A stretch of DNA of 53,574 nt, the filler included, from Stramenopiles sp. TOSAG23-2 (lineage: Eukaryota): assembly GCA_900128395.1 (NCBI GenBank). It is 4 parts of 4 records of this genome, joined end to end, with 100 filler letters (N's around TTAATTAATTAA, not from the genome) between each part and the next. Parts side by side here need not be neighbours in the genome. Positions count along the whole stretch, not along the records: positions 13,466 to 26,797 come from LT649807.1; positions 26,898 to 40,188 come from LT649808.1; 2 more parts are not named here. One strand, given 5' to 3'. Positions 24,516 to 37,334 of the stretch are shown here, piece after piece. The notes below the pieces were generated by a model that was given only the letters and a program-made list of their open reading frames with translations, was not told where the DNA came from and ran no database searches. Positions within the stretch are counted from its first letter, which is position 1, and the number at the start of each line of letters is the position of its first letter. The translations under genes were made by a program, and so were the position numbers.

Positions 24516-25196
24516 GATCGATGTATTATAACAATCACAATAATGTAATATATATATATATATATATGAGTTACTTCTTTTAATTGTTTCTAGAAAAAGT
24601 ACGATTATTGTTGTATTATTATAACATTTAATATATATATATTAATGTATGGTGCTATGTATTATGGCAACAACAAACAAAACAACAATGCCTGGAGGTT
24701 TTACTTTACACATAACTTCAAATGATAGTAATCAATATAATAGTAAAAGGTGGTAAAAGTTGTGCCATAATAATAAAAAAAAAAAAGGCTGCTGTTGTTG
24801 TTATTTTTTAAGTTGTTTTATTATTATATAGTTTAAGTTTTCTGTTTTAGTTTTCTGCTCGTCTTCCGCGTCTTCCGTTCCAGGTTAAGGTATTGACAGA
24901 ATTGCTCGTCTTTCGTCTTCCGTTCCAGGTTAAGGTATTGACAGAATCGCTCCAGATATCCAGATATCCAATATAGTGAGGTAATAAATATTATTACTAC
25001 ACTAATACATGGAATAGCACTAAATCTACCTCTCTGGGCGGACTAATTCAAATCCATCCATGAAAAAATTATTATTACACTTAGGTTGCTTAGATGATTG
25101 GACATAAAAAAAAATACTATATAGCGCTATACACAGTATCAGGTATAATATGTAAAAGAAAGATAGAAAACAAGCGAAGAAAAGATATTTAGAACA

Positions 25197-26543
25197 ATGG
25201 CATCCTCAAGCCCAGCATTGCAAAAAGAAGGTGTTGCAGATGGTACATATGCAATGACGGCAAAACAACGGGGGTTAATAGCACCGGAAACATTTACACG
25301 CGTAACATTAAAAACAATGCCGACACGTTTGTCACAATTAGTGAATTTTTGGACAACATTATTAGGTACTGTCGAGGTAACAACTTATCAAGAAGAGAGA
25401 TTTGTTAGCATACGCTTGGTTAATTTTACAGGATATTCTAAAGAGAATGAATATAGAATTGACATATTTGGTGATCCTAATTTAAAAGTATCCACAAACG
25501 ATGAAAAACCAGGATTTCCCGCTGTAGGAGTTGACCACATAGCTTTTACCTATGCAAATTTTAAAGATTTAGCTTCTACTGTCTTACGACTAAAAAGTAA
25601 AGGAATAGTACCGACTTTGCCAATTAATCACGGACCAACAGTGTCATTTTATTACACCGATCCAGATGGCACAAAAGCTGAGTTACAAATTGATGTGTTT
25701 GATAGAGCGAGAGATACCGAGGCCATGAAAGATCTTTTTGCTGGTCCATTTATGGAGAATCCAATAGGTATTATTATCGATCCAACGAAGTGGGCACTTG
25801 AAGCTTCAAAATTATCTGTAACTGAGGAAAATCATAAAATCGTTACAAAATATCCTGAAGCAACTAAAAGAGATAAAAAGATGGTTGTTGGCCAAAGAGC
25901 GTTTGCAAATATGTTAGGTGGAGGTAAATTTCCATTATCTGATGGAAATTTAAATAGAAGGATTGCCTCTATTACTATTGATACTACTATCCAAAAACCA
26001 GAACCAAAATTAATTCAAAATGGTATTTCTCCGCGATGCATGGCTCATATTGTTTTACGCACTGTTCGACCTGAGAAACAAATAGCGTTTTACAAAACTG
26101 TTTTCAATTGTCTAGCAGCATATGAATCAAAATCAGCAACATTTATTACATATGACGATGAACATCATCGCTTTGGAATTATTGTCATGCCAGTTGCAAA
26201 TAGAAGCAATGCACCTGGTGTATCCCACTGTAGTTACACTTTTAGCTCCATTCAAGAATTATATGAAACTTATCTACGCCTTGCGAATGATTTAAATGAA
26301 GCTATTTTACCAATTCATAGTAATCAAATGAATGATTGGATTTCATTGTTTTACATGGATCCAGATGGAAATCATGTTGAATTAACAGCAAGATTGCATA
26401 ATCAGTATGGCGATAATGACACAGCATTAGATCAGTGGCTATCTAATAATAATGCAGATATCAAGTACCCACTAGGAGAAACATTTGATTATGAAAGGGA
26501 TTGGTCAAAAGTATTAAGTAGTGATATGAAATCGAAGATGTAA
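25197..26543 (+). CDS. Tandem two-copy VOC/glyoxalase-superfamily protein (one-domain extradiol dioxygenase-like), PTS1 -SKM
   Basis: Copy 1: GVDHIAFTY...INHGPTVSFYYTDPDGTKAELQID..F.ENPIG. Copy 2: MAHIVLRT...FITYDDEHHRF...GVSHCSYTF...FYMDPDGNHVEL. Intronless, ends MKSKM*. Confidence 0.9.
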   Translation: MASSSPALQKEGVADGTYAMTAKQRGLIAPETFTRVTLKTMPTRLSQLVNFWTTLLGTVEVTTYQEERFVSIRLVNFTGYSKENEYRIDIFGDPNLKVSTNDEKPGFPAVGVDHIAFTYANFKDLASTVLRLKSKGIVPTLPINHGPTVSFYYTDPDGTKAELQIDVFDRARDTEAMKDLFAGPFMENPIGIIIDPTKWALEASKLSVTEENHKIVTKYPEATKRDKKMVVGQRAFANMLGGGKFPLSDGNLNRRIASITIDTTIQKPEPKLIQNGISPRCMAHIVLRTVRPEKQIAFYKTVFNCLAAYESKSATFITYDDEHHRFGIIVMPVANRSNAPGVSHCSYTFSSIQELYETYLRLANDLNEAILPIHSNQMNDWISLFYMDPDGNHVELTARLHNQYGDNDTALDQWLSNNNADIKYPLGETFDYERDWSKVLSSDMKSKM

Positions 26544-26797
26544 AAAGTTATGTGATGTGGTCAAAATATTACGACGTAAAATATTGGGATATCATATACG
26601 TCGTATGTGACATATATAATGCATAATATGTGCTCTTTACTACGGTTCGTATCATTAATGTGTGTGTGTAATATTATATACAGCAGTCTTTAATGTACGT
26701 ATTATTAAAAAATTAAAAAATTTTATATATTTTTTTATATATATATGGCTCAAATCGACAAAGATTTCCCCCATGCCAACATCAATATCTCAGCCAA

Positions 26798-26897
26798 NNN
26801 NNNNNNNNNNNNNNNNNNNNNNNNNNNNNNNNNNNNNNNNNTTAATTAATTAANNNNNNNNNNNNNNNNNNNNNNNNNNNNNNNNNNNNNNNNNNNN
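26798..26897. other. Artificial contig linker
   Basis: N44-TTAATTAATTAA-N44. Confidence 0.98.
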
Positions 26898-28023
26898 AGT
26901 TCCATATTTTAAACATTTTCTAATAAAATAGTCAAAAACGTCATTTATTTTGTACAGAATATCATTACATATTTAAAATATCCGAAATATGTGTCCCATA
27001 TCGTCCAAAATATTGCGAGTTGTCAAGATGTCCATTTTTCCTGGGGACAAATTGTCCCCGGCTAATGCTATCTTACACTAAAGATAGACATTAGGGTATG
27101 GAAAATACCAAAAAAAGCTCCATATAGCGAGTACACAGCATGGTATAATGGCACATAAGATAGTTCGACAGCTTTATAGACTGTGACTGATTATTTTAGC
27201 ATGGATTCTCAATCGCATGCTATGTTCATGACCAATGGTACGCGCCTGCTAAGAAATGGTTGAGAATTCGACACTTAACTATTATTTTTTGATAGGGATA
27301 CAACAAGATATTTTTAAAAAGATCGAAACAAGATATCCAACTTAAACTCTTTATGCCGAAAAGATTTTTTTTTTTTTACAACAGTATATATATATCAAAT
27401 ATTTTAACAACTAAAGGCAACCAGTAAAAATTAATTTCGATGTGTGGATTTATAAAAAAGAAACAATTGTTTAACTGATTATTTGACTATAGCTCAAAAC
27501 AATTTTAAAATAGTATTACAACAGTTTATTATTCATAAATAATTATAATTAAATATTATATTTTTGTTAATTTTTTAGTAGGAGTATTCTTATCTTGAAA
27601 ACGAAACAATGCTCCGTGAGTGAATGTGATTGTACTTTATATCCGTTTTATAACAGAATAAAGTTGTCTTTGATTTGAAAAGACGTTCTTGTCTATTCAA
27701 ACCGGCGCTGTGAGTGAATGTGATTGTAATTTATCTGTTTTGAAACGAAATAAAGTTTGCAAATGAATTGAATAGTTTTTCTTGACACTGTTCATATCAG
27801 TGATTTTTACTCTTGTTTATTGTGTAACGTACTGTATTTACTGCGTAATATACTATATTTCTCTTTTCTGTCCGATATATATATATGAAATGAGTAAAAT
27901 TTTCTACCATTCTTAAGTATTTACTTTTCTTTTTCTTTTCAATTTCTTCTTACATTCTTGTAATAAAGCTTTTGTTCTCTAAGCCTTCTTTCCAACAATT
28001 GTGTATATTTTAATTATTTTTAC

Positions 28024-28513
28024 CCTATAGGGGTGCAAAAACCTGGGTCACAGTAGTATATTCACCTGCTATAGTGGTATATACACTACATAGCATGGTA
28101 ATGGTATTACTATATTATATTTATTTAATAGGTACATACCATTGGCTACTGTCATTAATTTTATCAGTCCATTTTCGCAATTTGATGCTTATATACATAA
28201 ATTATTAGATATTGATATATGGTTTTTGGCTACAAAACGAAAGTTGCGAAAATCTCCTGCATTCCAATTCTTGGTTCTTGCCGTGAATCACTTGGTACAA
28301 GATAGACATACCATTGTATATATTTGATAGAATATATTACAGGTATTTAGTACGGCCATAAGTACGAAGTGATTCACGGCAAGAACCCAGAATTGAAATG
28401 CAGGAGATTTTCGCAACTTTTGTGTTGTAGCCAGGTATGTCTATCTTGTATGCTATATCCATTGTATATATAGCAGGTGAATACTGTGACCCAGGTTTTT
28501 GCACCCCTATAGG
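28024..28513. mobile_element. Foldback/MITE element with nested inverted repeats
   Basis: cctataggggtgcaaaaacctgggtcacagta (28024) is inverted at the end (...tactgtgacccaggtttttgcacccctatagg, 28513). An inner ~70-bp inverted repeat lies at 28227-28298 versus 28362-28433. The TAGGGGTGCAAA terminus resembles hAT; TSD is ambiguous. Confidence 0.85.
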
Positions 28514-28744
28514 ATACTCCTATAGTAATTAGTAGGTGTAGTTTTATTATTATTTATTATTATCAATTATTATTATTTTTAAATACATTTTTTTTACAAC
28601 AATATAATAATAATAGTAAGTGTAGTATTTTAATAGTACTTGGTGGCATTAAATTTTAAAAGTCTGTGGTATAGTAGCAAATTTTTTTTATAATATTTTT
28701 TTTTAAAACAAACGTTCCTTCACTTCTTGGTTGGCACACCTCAC

Positions 28745-29736
28745 TCACTCGAACTTTACTTCATCATCATCATCTCCAGCATCATCATTTGTCGTACCAA
28801 ATGCTGCAAATGACATTTCTTCCTGCATATTATTATTATTATCATTTGTCGTATCATCATTACCAAATGCATCAAAACTAATATCTTCAATAGTTGTATT
28901 GTCATTTGCATTGTTATTACCAAAGGCATCAAATGTGATATCATCATCATTATTGTTATCATTGTTACTATCATTGTTATTGTTGCTGTTATCATTGGTG
29001 GTGGTTTTATCATCATCTCCACCCCAACCATATCTTTGCCTCAATGCTTCATCGTCCACATCGTCATCGTCATCATCATCATCTTCACTATCATCACTAT
29101 CGTCCTCATCTTCGTTATTCATATCATACTCTAGTTCACCAGTTGTTATTGTTGTGTTTTGTCCAAAATTGTTGTTGTTGTTATTATTATTGCTATTGCT
29201 GTTGTTCAAACTAGATGGTAATACCATATTCCCAAGCTCGGTTTCCCATATTTTTGATGCTTTTGTTATACCATCCGATTCAATATTCAATGCTCTTGCC
29301 ATATCTAAATAATGTCCACCATATGCAATTTCTAATGAAATATCGTTTTCATCACGATCAAAATGACCAATGATTTTCTCTGCAATTGCATTTATTTTCA
29401 CACCACGATCTGTAATCATGCGTGCAATGGCACTATGCAATATATTATGCAATGGATACACTTCCATTAAATCAAATATTTTCAAACACGTATCATCATT
29501 CACACTATCTGGTTTTATCGCAGCCAACACTGAAACCAATTCCACTGCAAGTAAACGTTCGATGCCAAACGGTTTGTACACTTTCATATTGGTTGTCATT
29601 TTACCTTCTTCTGAATTGGTAGAAGTAATCATATTAACCACGTCTGGCATTTTATTTTCAACGGCAACGATTAGTTGTTGGATATTTAATATATTATTAT
29701 TACTACTACTACTATTCGTATTATTGTTCTCGTTGC

Positions 29737-29772
<36 letters not shown>

Positions 29773-30883
29773 TTTTGTTTAATAGTTGTTGTTGTTGTTG
29801 TTGTACCATTCCACATTCTTCCAATATTCTTGTTATGATGAAAAATGCACCACGATTTGGCAATGCATCTAAAACTTGTTGTATTTGATCCGTCAATGCA
29901 TTCATCATAGGTGTTTGTTCTATGCTTTGACTTTGCATTTCTTCCTCTTGCTGTCGTTGTGCTATTTCATTCAAATCCATCATATCGCTTCTACTGAAAT
30001 TAAAGGATGTTGGTGATGGTGGTGTATATGTTGATCGAGCTATTGCATCAATTAATGTTTCTGCAATATTTGTATATGCAGTTTGTGATTGATCTTGTTC
30101 ATGCAATGTTCGCAATAATGATGAAACTATACTATTTGCTGGCCAAAATGGTTTTGGAAATGTATTTGTTGTAGTTGCTTGATCATTATTGTTAACATCG
30201 CTGTTATTCCCATCACCATCATCACCACCACCATTACCAGTTGTCTTTTCTGCATTTTCATCTTTTGTTTCACTTGGTTTTAAATCAGATGCCTCTAACA
30301 ATAAACGAAAAGAAGCTGCGATGGAATCAACATTCATATGTTGTATAAACATAGTTAACAATACGTTTTCTTTTGTTGATAGATAATTTAACAATTCAGC
30401 ACGTCGTTCTTCCGATTCTTTGCATATACTTAGCATACATTTGTAAAAATTACCAGCTGAACGTGCATCCAGTTTGCCCCTATTTAATACGGAAAATAAA
30501 ATATTTAAATTTTCTTCATTTGTTAACTCATCGTTAATTTCCGATACGTCACAAGCAAATATTTCCGAGGCACTAGATGCTAATAACTCATAATCAAAGT
30601 TATTCGTACCATCTCCATCAGTGTTGTTGTCATCATTTTCTTCTTCCTTTACAATTAGTTCAATCAATGATTTTACATTTTCTTTTAAATATTTAATTAA
30701 TGATTCATTTAAATTTCTAACTTCTTGTATTAACGTTTGCTGCGTCAATACATCTTTTAACGTAAAATTGCCACTATCTAATAAATCTTGCAACGGGTTT
30801 GAAAACAAACCACCACCACTATCATTTCCCCATAAACTACCGGAGCTATCATCATCATTCGCAAACGATGCAAATAATGACAT
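28745..30883 (-). CDS. SIT4-associated protein (SAPS) / PP6 regulatory subunit
   Basis: PLQDLLDSGNFTLKDVL...LIQEVRNLNESLIKYL, ASEIFACD, KPFGIERLLAVELV, YPLHNILHSAI, YGGHYLDMA, acidic tail. Confidence 0.9.
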
Positions 30884-31778
30884 GATGATTTATGTATATA
30901 TATTTATATATCTTAAAATGTATATAAATATATATATATTTAGTTGTGTTTGTTTATATTATTAAATATATAGTATTTATATATAATTATATATATTTCT
31001 CCTATAATTTACAAGGTGCCAAGAAAAAAAATAAAATAAAAAAATGATGATGTTAATTTAAAAAAAAATATAAAAAAATGATTTTTTTTTCAAACAACAA
31101 TATTATATTATATATATAAGTTCGTTATCCTTGTTCCGTATTTGTTTCAACCAACAAGATATATATAATTCTATTTATGTCATATAGATGATATTATTTT
31201 TATGTTATATTATAACAATAAATTCTAATAATTCATATAAATCACTGGCCTTCTTCGGTCGAGTTTAAAAAATGCGGAACCTAAATCAAGCGGAACGAAA
31301 AAATGAATTTTAAAAAAGGAATTTGTGATTTCATGTTTTTTTAAATAAATAACTATGAAGTTTCACTTTACAAAATAAAATCGGATATTTGTATGTTTAA
31401 AATATCTATAATCGGCATTTTGTGATCCAATTTCGTACCCTTCAACTCAATTACAATGCTATTCGGATGCTAATATTTTCGGTCCGCCTGGTCCGCATTT
31501 AATAAATCTACCGGACTGGCCATTGGTGTATCGTTTTCATTAGTGACAGGATCGAGCGGATCGAGTATATCGGCCAATCTACCATCTGGGTCTCAATACA
31601 CATATATATCATGTGCTCATCTTGGACATCTGGACTGTAAGTGTGTGTGTGTTGACTCAAGTAGAGCTACGTATATATATATCTATATATATCATCTGGA
31701 CATCTGGACTGTAAGTGTGTGTGTGTTGACTCAAGTAGAGCTACGTATACCGCGATCTCTTTATTCAAATTATAAAAT

Positions 31779-32114
31779 ATGGCGTTTGATCCTACCAAGG
31801 TGACAATACATGATAAAAGTTACAGTGAAAGTGATGAAGGTGATTACGACTCATACACTATTCATGTTTTACAGCATGACGGGGAAGAATTTTTAAGAAT
31901 ACGTAGTCGCGAAAGTTCTAATATTGGTGGTGCATGGGGTTCAGAACATAAAATATTAGAAATGGACGGGGAAAAATGCATTGTTCAAAACTTTAAAGTT
32001 GGTGGTACAGTAGGGAGTGGAGGTCGAAATTCGGAAGCTAACGGTAGTCCTGTGGTATACGATTTGAAGACAGAATGGGAAAAGTTCATGAAAAAAAAGA
32101 AAGAAAAAAAATAA
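31779..32114 (+). CDS. Hypothetical protein, 111 aa
   Basis: Clean ORF with protein-like composition and A-rich start context. Confidence 0.7.
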   Translation: MAFDPTKVTIHDKSYSESDEGDYDSYTIHVLQHDGEEFLRIRSRESSNIGGAWGSEHKILEMDGEKCIVQNFKVGGTVGSGGRNSEANGSPVVYDLKTEWEKFMKKKKEKK

Positions 32115-32499
32115 GAAATGATGATGTTTGAAGCTAAAGTATTCATCCCAAGAAGTACAGAGTACTATACAAAAAATTGAGGAAACTTGATTATTTTTTA
32201 AATAGTAAACAGTTATAGCAACAACGTCAAAATGCCGTCATGACCGTGGACGGGTGTGAATTTTTCCCAGATGCCGTGGACGAGCGTGGATTTTTTTTTC
32301 TTGCCGTGCCCATCACTAAATAGTATAATACCATTAAATCCAAAAAAAAATTAAAACAGGAATGTACAAGAAGACGACCTGTATAACTCGGTCCCTTCAC
32401 ACTACGTGTATAATGGTGTCTCCTCTTCTATGTCTTTTGCTTCCCTCCTTTTTAAAATGAAGCAAGGAGGGAAGCGACGTATAAGCATGCGATCATGCA

Positions 32500-32980
32500 T
32501 TGTACAAAAATGTCAAAAAATCAATTGAAGATACAATACGATTAGTGAATCCATTGCCATTTGATCGAGATATTTTACGCTCGGAATTAATGCAGCGCAA
32601 AGAATATTTAGATATGCAAAAGAAACGCCCATATGCAAATCCAACTGCAATGTTTAAAAATCATCAAGACGCATTAAATGTGAAACAATCTGAATTAGAT
32701 AGTAAATTATCACAAATCTTAAAAGGAAAAGTTCCTCGTGTATATGGGGAAATGCCAAAACATTAAGGCAAATATCAACGTATTGCACCTGTAACGAAAT
32801 TGTATGACAATGTGCTGCTGTTAAATTACGACGATCTGGTTTAGCTGGTAGAAAATCAGAAAATAATAAGAAACAAAAACGATTTAATATTACGCGTACT
32901 ATTTCCTTTTCTGGAAGGGGTAGCCGGTCTAGTAATCATCGAAGAAGACGTGCGTGGGATATACCAAATTTTATTTTAAA
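32500..32980 (+). pseudogene. Probable decayed gene
   Basis: ORF 32500..32766 has no ATG start, and coding-like sequence continues in frame through stops (PKH*GKYQRIAPVTKLYDNVLLLNYDDLV*LVENQK). Confidence 0.45.
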
Positions 32981-33183
32981 AAATTATTTCTTCAATCGTA
33001 AAAAAGTGAAAGTGGTGTGTTTAAATTTATTATAGATGTTTGCAAAAGGTATATGTGATGTGTAATACATGTATATTTATACACTTCTATATTTTCCCCT
33101 CTTTCAAGTATATAAATTAGAATATCTGAAACCTGGAATTTGATAGGAGATTTTTATGTCCAACACAAAAAAAAATAATAAAT

Positions 33184-33432
33184 TAGAGTTATCGATATTA
33201 AAGATGGCAAATTTAAATTTTTTTATTTTTTTTGCAACTTTTTTTTTTCTTACCCTCTAGTATCAAATAGTATCACATATATATATATTAAGGTATGTTA
33301 ATATTTATTTTAAAAAACCCCTCTGAAATTGTGTGTGTAATATTATTCCTATACTAAAGGGGCTGGAAAAACATTTTTAAAAAAAATAAAAAAAAATATT
33401 TAAATTTGCCATCTTTAATGTCAATAACTCTA
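33184..33432. mobile_element. Short MITE-like element (249 bp) with ~35-bp TIRs
   Basis: tagagttatcgatattaaagatggcaaatttaaat (33184) versus atttaaatttgccatctttaatgtcaataactcta (ends 33432), 2 mismatches. No TSD seen. Confidence 0.75.
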
Positions 33433-33473
33433 CAAAAAACATAGAATTTAGGCTTTAAGATAGAGAAAGAGTA

Positions 33474-34352
33474 GATTTCCATTCTAGGTAATATAGTTGA
33501 TAAACCAAGTGGGACAATCATTCATATATCTATCTGATCGTTGTCTCTGTATATTTATCTATTTATTGATAACAATCCTATTGTAGTCCATACTGTTTGA
33601 ATATATTCTAATAGTTTTGTGCGCGCGTGTGTGTATATATATATATTACGGTGCGGATTATTATTATTAAAAATAATATATATATACATTGACGAAATCC
33701 CTGATTTCCATTTTAGGTAATATAGTTGATAAACCAAGTAGGACAAATCATTCTTCTATCTATCTAATCGTCGCTGTATATCTATCTATTTATTGATAAC
33801 AATCCTATTGTAGTCCATACTGTTTGAATATAGTTTTGTGCGCGCGTGTGTGTATATATATATATTACGGTGCGGATTATTATTATTAAAAATAATATAT
33901 ATATACATTGACGAAATCCCTGATTTCCATTTTAGGTAATATAGTTGATAAACCAAGTAGGACAAATCATTCTTCTATCTATCTAATCGTCGCTGTATAT
34001 CTATCTATTTATTGATAACAATCCTATTGTAGTCCATACTGTTTGAATATAGTTTTGTGCGCGCGTGTGTGTATATATATATATTACGGTGCGGATTATT
34101 ATTATTAAAAATAATATATATATACATTGACGAAATCCCTGATTTCCATTTTAGGTAATATAGTTGATAAACCAAGTAGGACAAATCATTCTTCTATCTA
34201 TCTGATCGTTGTCGCTGTATATCTATCTATTTATTGATAACAATCATATTGTAGTCCATACTGTTTGAATATAGTTTTGTGCGCGCGTGTATAGATATAT
34301 ATATATATTACGGTGCGGATTATTATTATTAAAAATAATATATATACATTGA
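33474..34352. repeat. Tandem array, 4 copies of a ~219-bp unit
   Basis: Units start with gatttccatt at 33474, 33703, 33922 and 34141. Inner copies are near-identical and outer copies slightly diverged. Confidence 0.95.
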
Positions 34353-34416
34353 AGAAAAATTTATTAAGTAAAAGGTATAATTCTTCATATAAATAAATAT
34401 AATAATAATAATATCA

Positions 34417-34944
34417 ATGGCATATTTACAACGACCAAGACCAAATGCAAAACCACATGAACCCTGGGGTAAAGCGGAACCATTAATTAAAGCACATGAT
34501 TTAGCATACGTACGATTTAGCTGCCCTGATTTAGAGACAATGCATACGTTTATTAATGAATTTGGTTTAAAAGTAGTTCATTATGAGAAAAATAAATGTA
34601 TTTATTCAAGAGGATTGGAAAAAGATTATCCATATGCACATATTGTACATCAAGGACCACCGAAATTCATAGGTTTTGCATTTCGTGTTAATAAATTGGA
34701 AGATTTACATACATTAGCAAACAACGTACCAAATTGCACGCCAGTGGAAGAGATGACTGGTATTGAAGGTAAATTAAGCAATAACCCTGGTATTGCTAAG
34801 AAAGTATCATTTATTGATCCTGTGAATGGATTTCTTATTGAAGCAGTATATGGACAAAAATGCGATGAAATTCCATCACGACATGCACAACGAATTTTAT
34901 ACAATTATGGTGTAAGTATATATACATCATATATAAAACTTTAT

Positions 34945-34978
<34 letters not shown>

Positions 34979-35803
34979 CAAACACATAATTTTCTAACAA
35001 ACGGTATACACACACACACACATACACCAATTATATAGGAACGTAAAAATTTTCAACGTTTAGGACGTTTACAAGATGTTGGTAATCGTAAAACTGGTGG
35101 TGGTGAAATTGGAATGGTTGAATGTCGTAAATTAGGCCATTGCGTTTTATCAATTCATCCAAGTAAATTCAAAGATTCATTAATATTTTTTCATGATACA
35201 TTTGGTTTAATAGGTAGTGATACGAATTTTGGGGATAAAGAAAAAACACGACCAATGTCACAATTTATGCATTTAGATCGTGGGGAAGAATATACGGATC
35301 ATCATACTATTTTTCTATTACCTGGACGTAGTAATAAAATGAAAACTGCACAATTAAGCCATTTATCCTTCGAAATGGAAACGATTGATGATGTATTTCG
35401 TGGACATCATATATTTAGAAATGCAAAGAAAAAAAACAGACGTAGATACCAACATGCATGGGGTTTAGGTAGACACGTACAAGGTTCACAAGTGTATGAT
35501 TATTGGTTTGATCCATGGGGTCATATCCATGAACATATGTGCGATGGGGATCAAATTAATAATACGCATGAACATCGTATGTGGGGTCCAGGCGATCAAA
35601 CTGGTGCGGGGGATCAATGGGGACCAACGGAGGAAGAAAGCACGGTATTTAATTTATTTGGACCAGATCGATGTGAATATTTTCCATTATTACCAACGAG
35701 TTTTCAAGAAAGTATTTTAAGTCGTGATTTAGAACATTTAATACATATTGATGTGGTGGATACAGTGTTGAAAAGTTATGGTGTGAATAGTAGTAAGATG
35801 TAA
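34417..35803 (+). CDS. Two-domain extradiol dioxygenase, trihydroxytoluene oxygenase (DntD)-like VOC family, 419 aa, PTS1 -SKM
   Basis: Exons 34417-34911 and 35039-35803; phase-0 intron 34912-35038 (GTAAGT..CTAAC..TAG). Motifs LAYVRF..PDL, KLGHCVL, FMHLDRGEEYTDHHT, HLSFEM, HAWGLGRHVQGSQVYDYWFDPWG..HEH..DGD. Ends NSSKM*. Confidence 0.92.
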
Positions 35804-37334
35804 CGAGAGTTTTGTGTGTTTGTAGTAATTTAATAATTGTATGCAAATAATGTGAATCACGATTCGTAATATGATATCAGTGTTTAAAAAAAGGGAAAAT
35901 ATTGAACAAGAATTAAAAAAAGAGGAGAGAGAGAGTTTTATATATATACACATGCATATTATATCATACATGATATATGATTGGTTAAAATCTAAAGTTA
36001 TTTTAAATAATTTTACACTTACCACTCTTTCACGAGGTGTTAAGTGTTAAGTAAAATAAAGCTAAAGTGATCAAAACCGCGGCTTTTTGCCACAACCGTG
36101 CACTTCAAGATCTTTATCCGGCTAGTTACCGATTGTTGTTCACAACAGGATCTTTCACTTTGACAGCCTCACCGCTATCGAGTGAACCCGACGTCCAGCG
36201 CGTTCAACGATTGCGCACGGAAGGATAGAAACCTACTTGTGCTTGTAGAGTATTAGTTTGCAGAAGGTGGTGGTGCCCTTTTTTGTTTTAACCCTTCAAT
36301 CGTTGATTGTTTCAAGCGCTTTGCAGGTGGTGGGTTAGTAACTATCGATGCCATGATGGCTTACTATCTCTCACTTACTTTCTCTCACTCACTCACTCTT
36401 TCATCTATCATCTCTCTCTTGTAAGTACACATGTGAAAATATAAATGTATATATATAATATCTATAAATATATATAATGCATCATCATGTGTACCTGCTA
36501 ATAATCGATATGTTAAGATTTTTTGTTGTTCTCGTGTTGATTTAAAATGCGGCACCACTTTGTTTTCAATTTGGATTTATTATACATATTTTGTTTTCCA
36601 TCGTGCCGCTTTGTTTCCAATTGTTTTGTATTGCTTTTTTTCCATTTTTGGAGGCATACCACTTCCGGTAATTTTTATTCAAAAAGAATCCCACCAGTAA
36701 AAATATCGAAAATATACATTAATTAAAAAACATGCCACAGCATTATATCAGCAAAGCGGCGAGGCACTCGATGTTGTTAAAATACCATTATTACATATAT
36801 TCTCTATATTAATTTTTAATATTTCTTAAAATATCCGTAATTGTTAGCATAATATATCAACACAATATACTAATACACTAATATTACAAGGCAATAATAT
36901 CTATTACATTGCTGATTGCTGATATAAAAGTATTCTACTAGCAATTTTCCACATCAATAAATTCCAATATTAAAATACCATTATTACATATATATATTAA
37001 AATATCCGTAATTATGATCATAAAATATACATTCATAAAGAGCGTAAGAATATGTATTCTACTTCTGATATAATATAAAATTTGATCAACAATAATACCA
37101 TCAATAATATAATAATATTCACCCACACTTCTTTTAACCAACAATCAACAATACACAATACACATACACACATACCTGAGATGAAGACAGAGTTGTACAG
37201 CATAAAACATGTACATCTCGCTACTACAGTCTACTTCAGAGCAATCGATACAAACTTAATTCATTTATATTTTTTTAAATCATAATAATAGCGGTGTATA
37301 ATTTATTTAACAACAATATATATATATAACAAAC

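Noticed and set aside
31541-32318. hAT element (tagtgacagg ... cccatcacta) capturing the 111-aa ORF
   Set aside because: Only an 8/10 terminal match and no target-site duplication.
33474-34352. CRISPR array
   Set aside because: Whole 219-bp units repeat with no unique spacers, there are no cas genes, and the context is eukaryotic.
36280-36300. Telomerase RNA template (taaccct)
   Set aside because: Only 7 nt, shorter than a usable template, with no supporting structure recognised.
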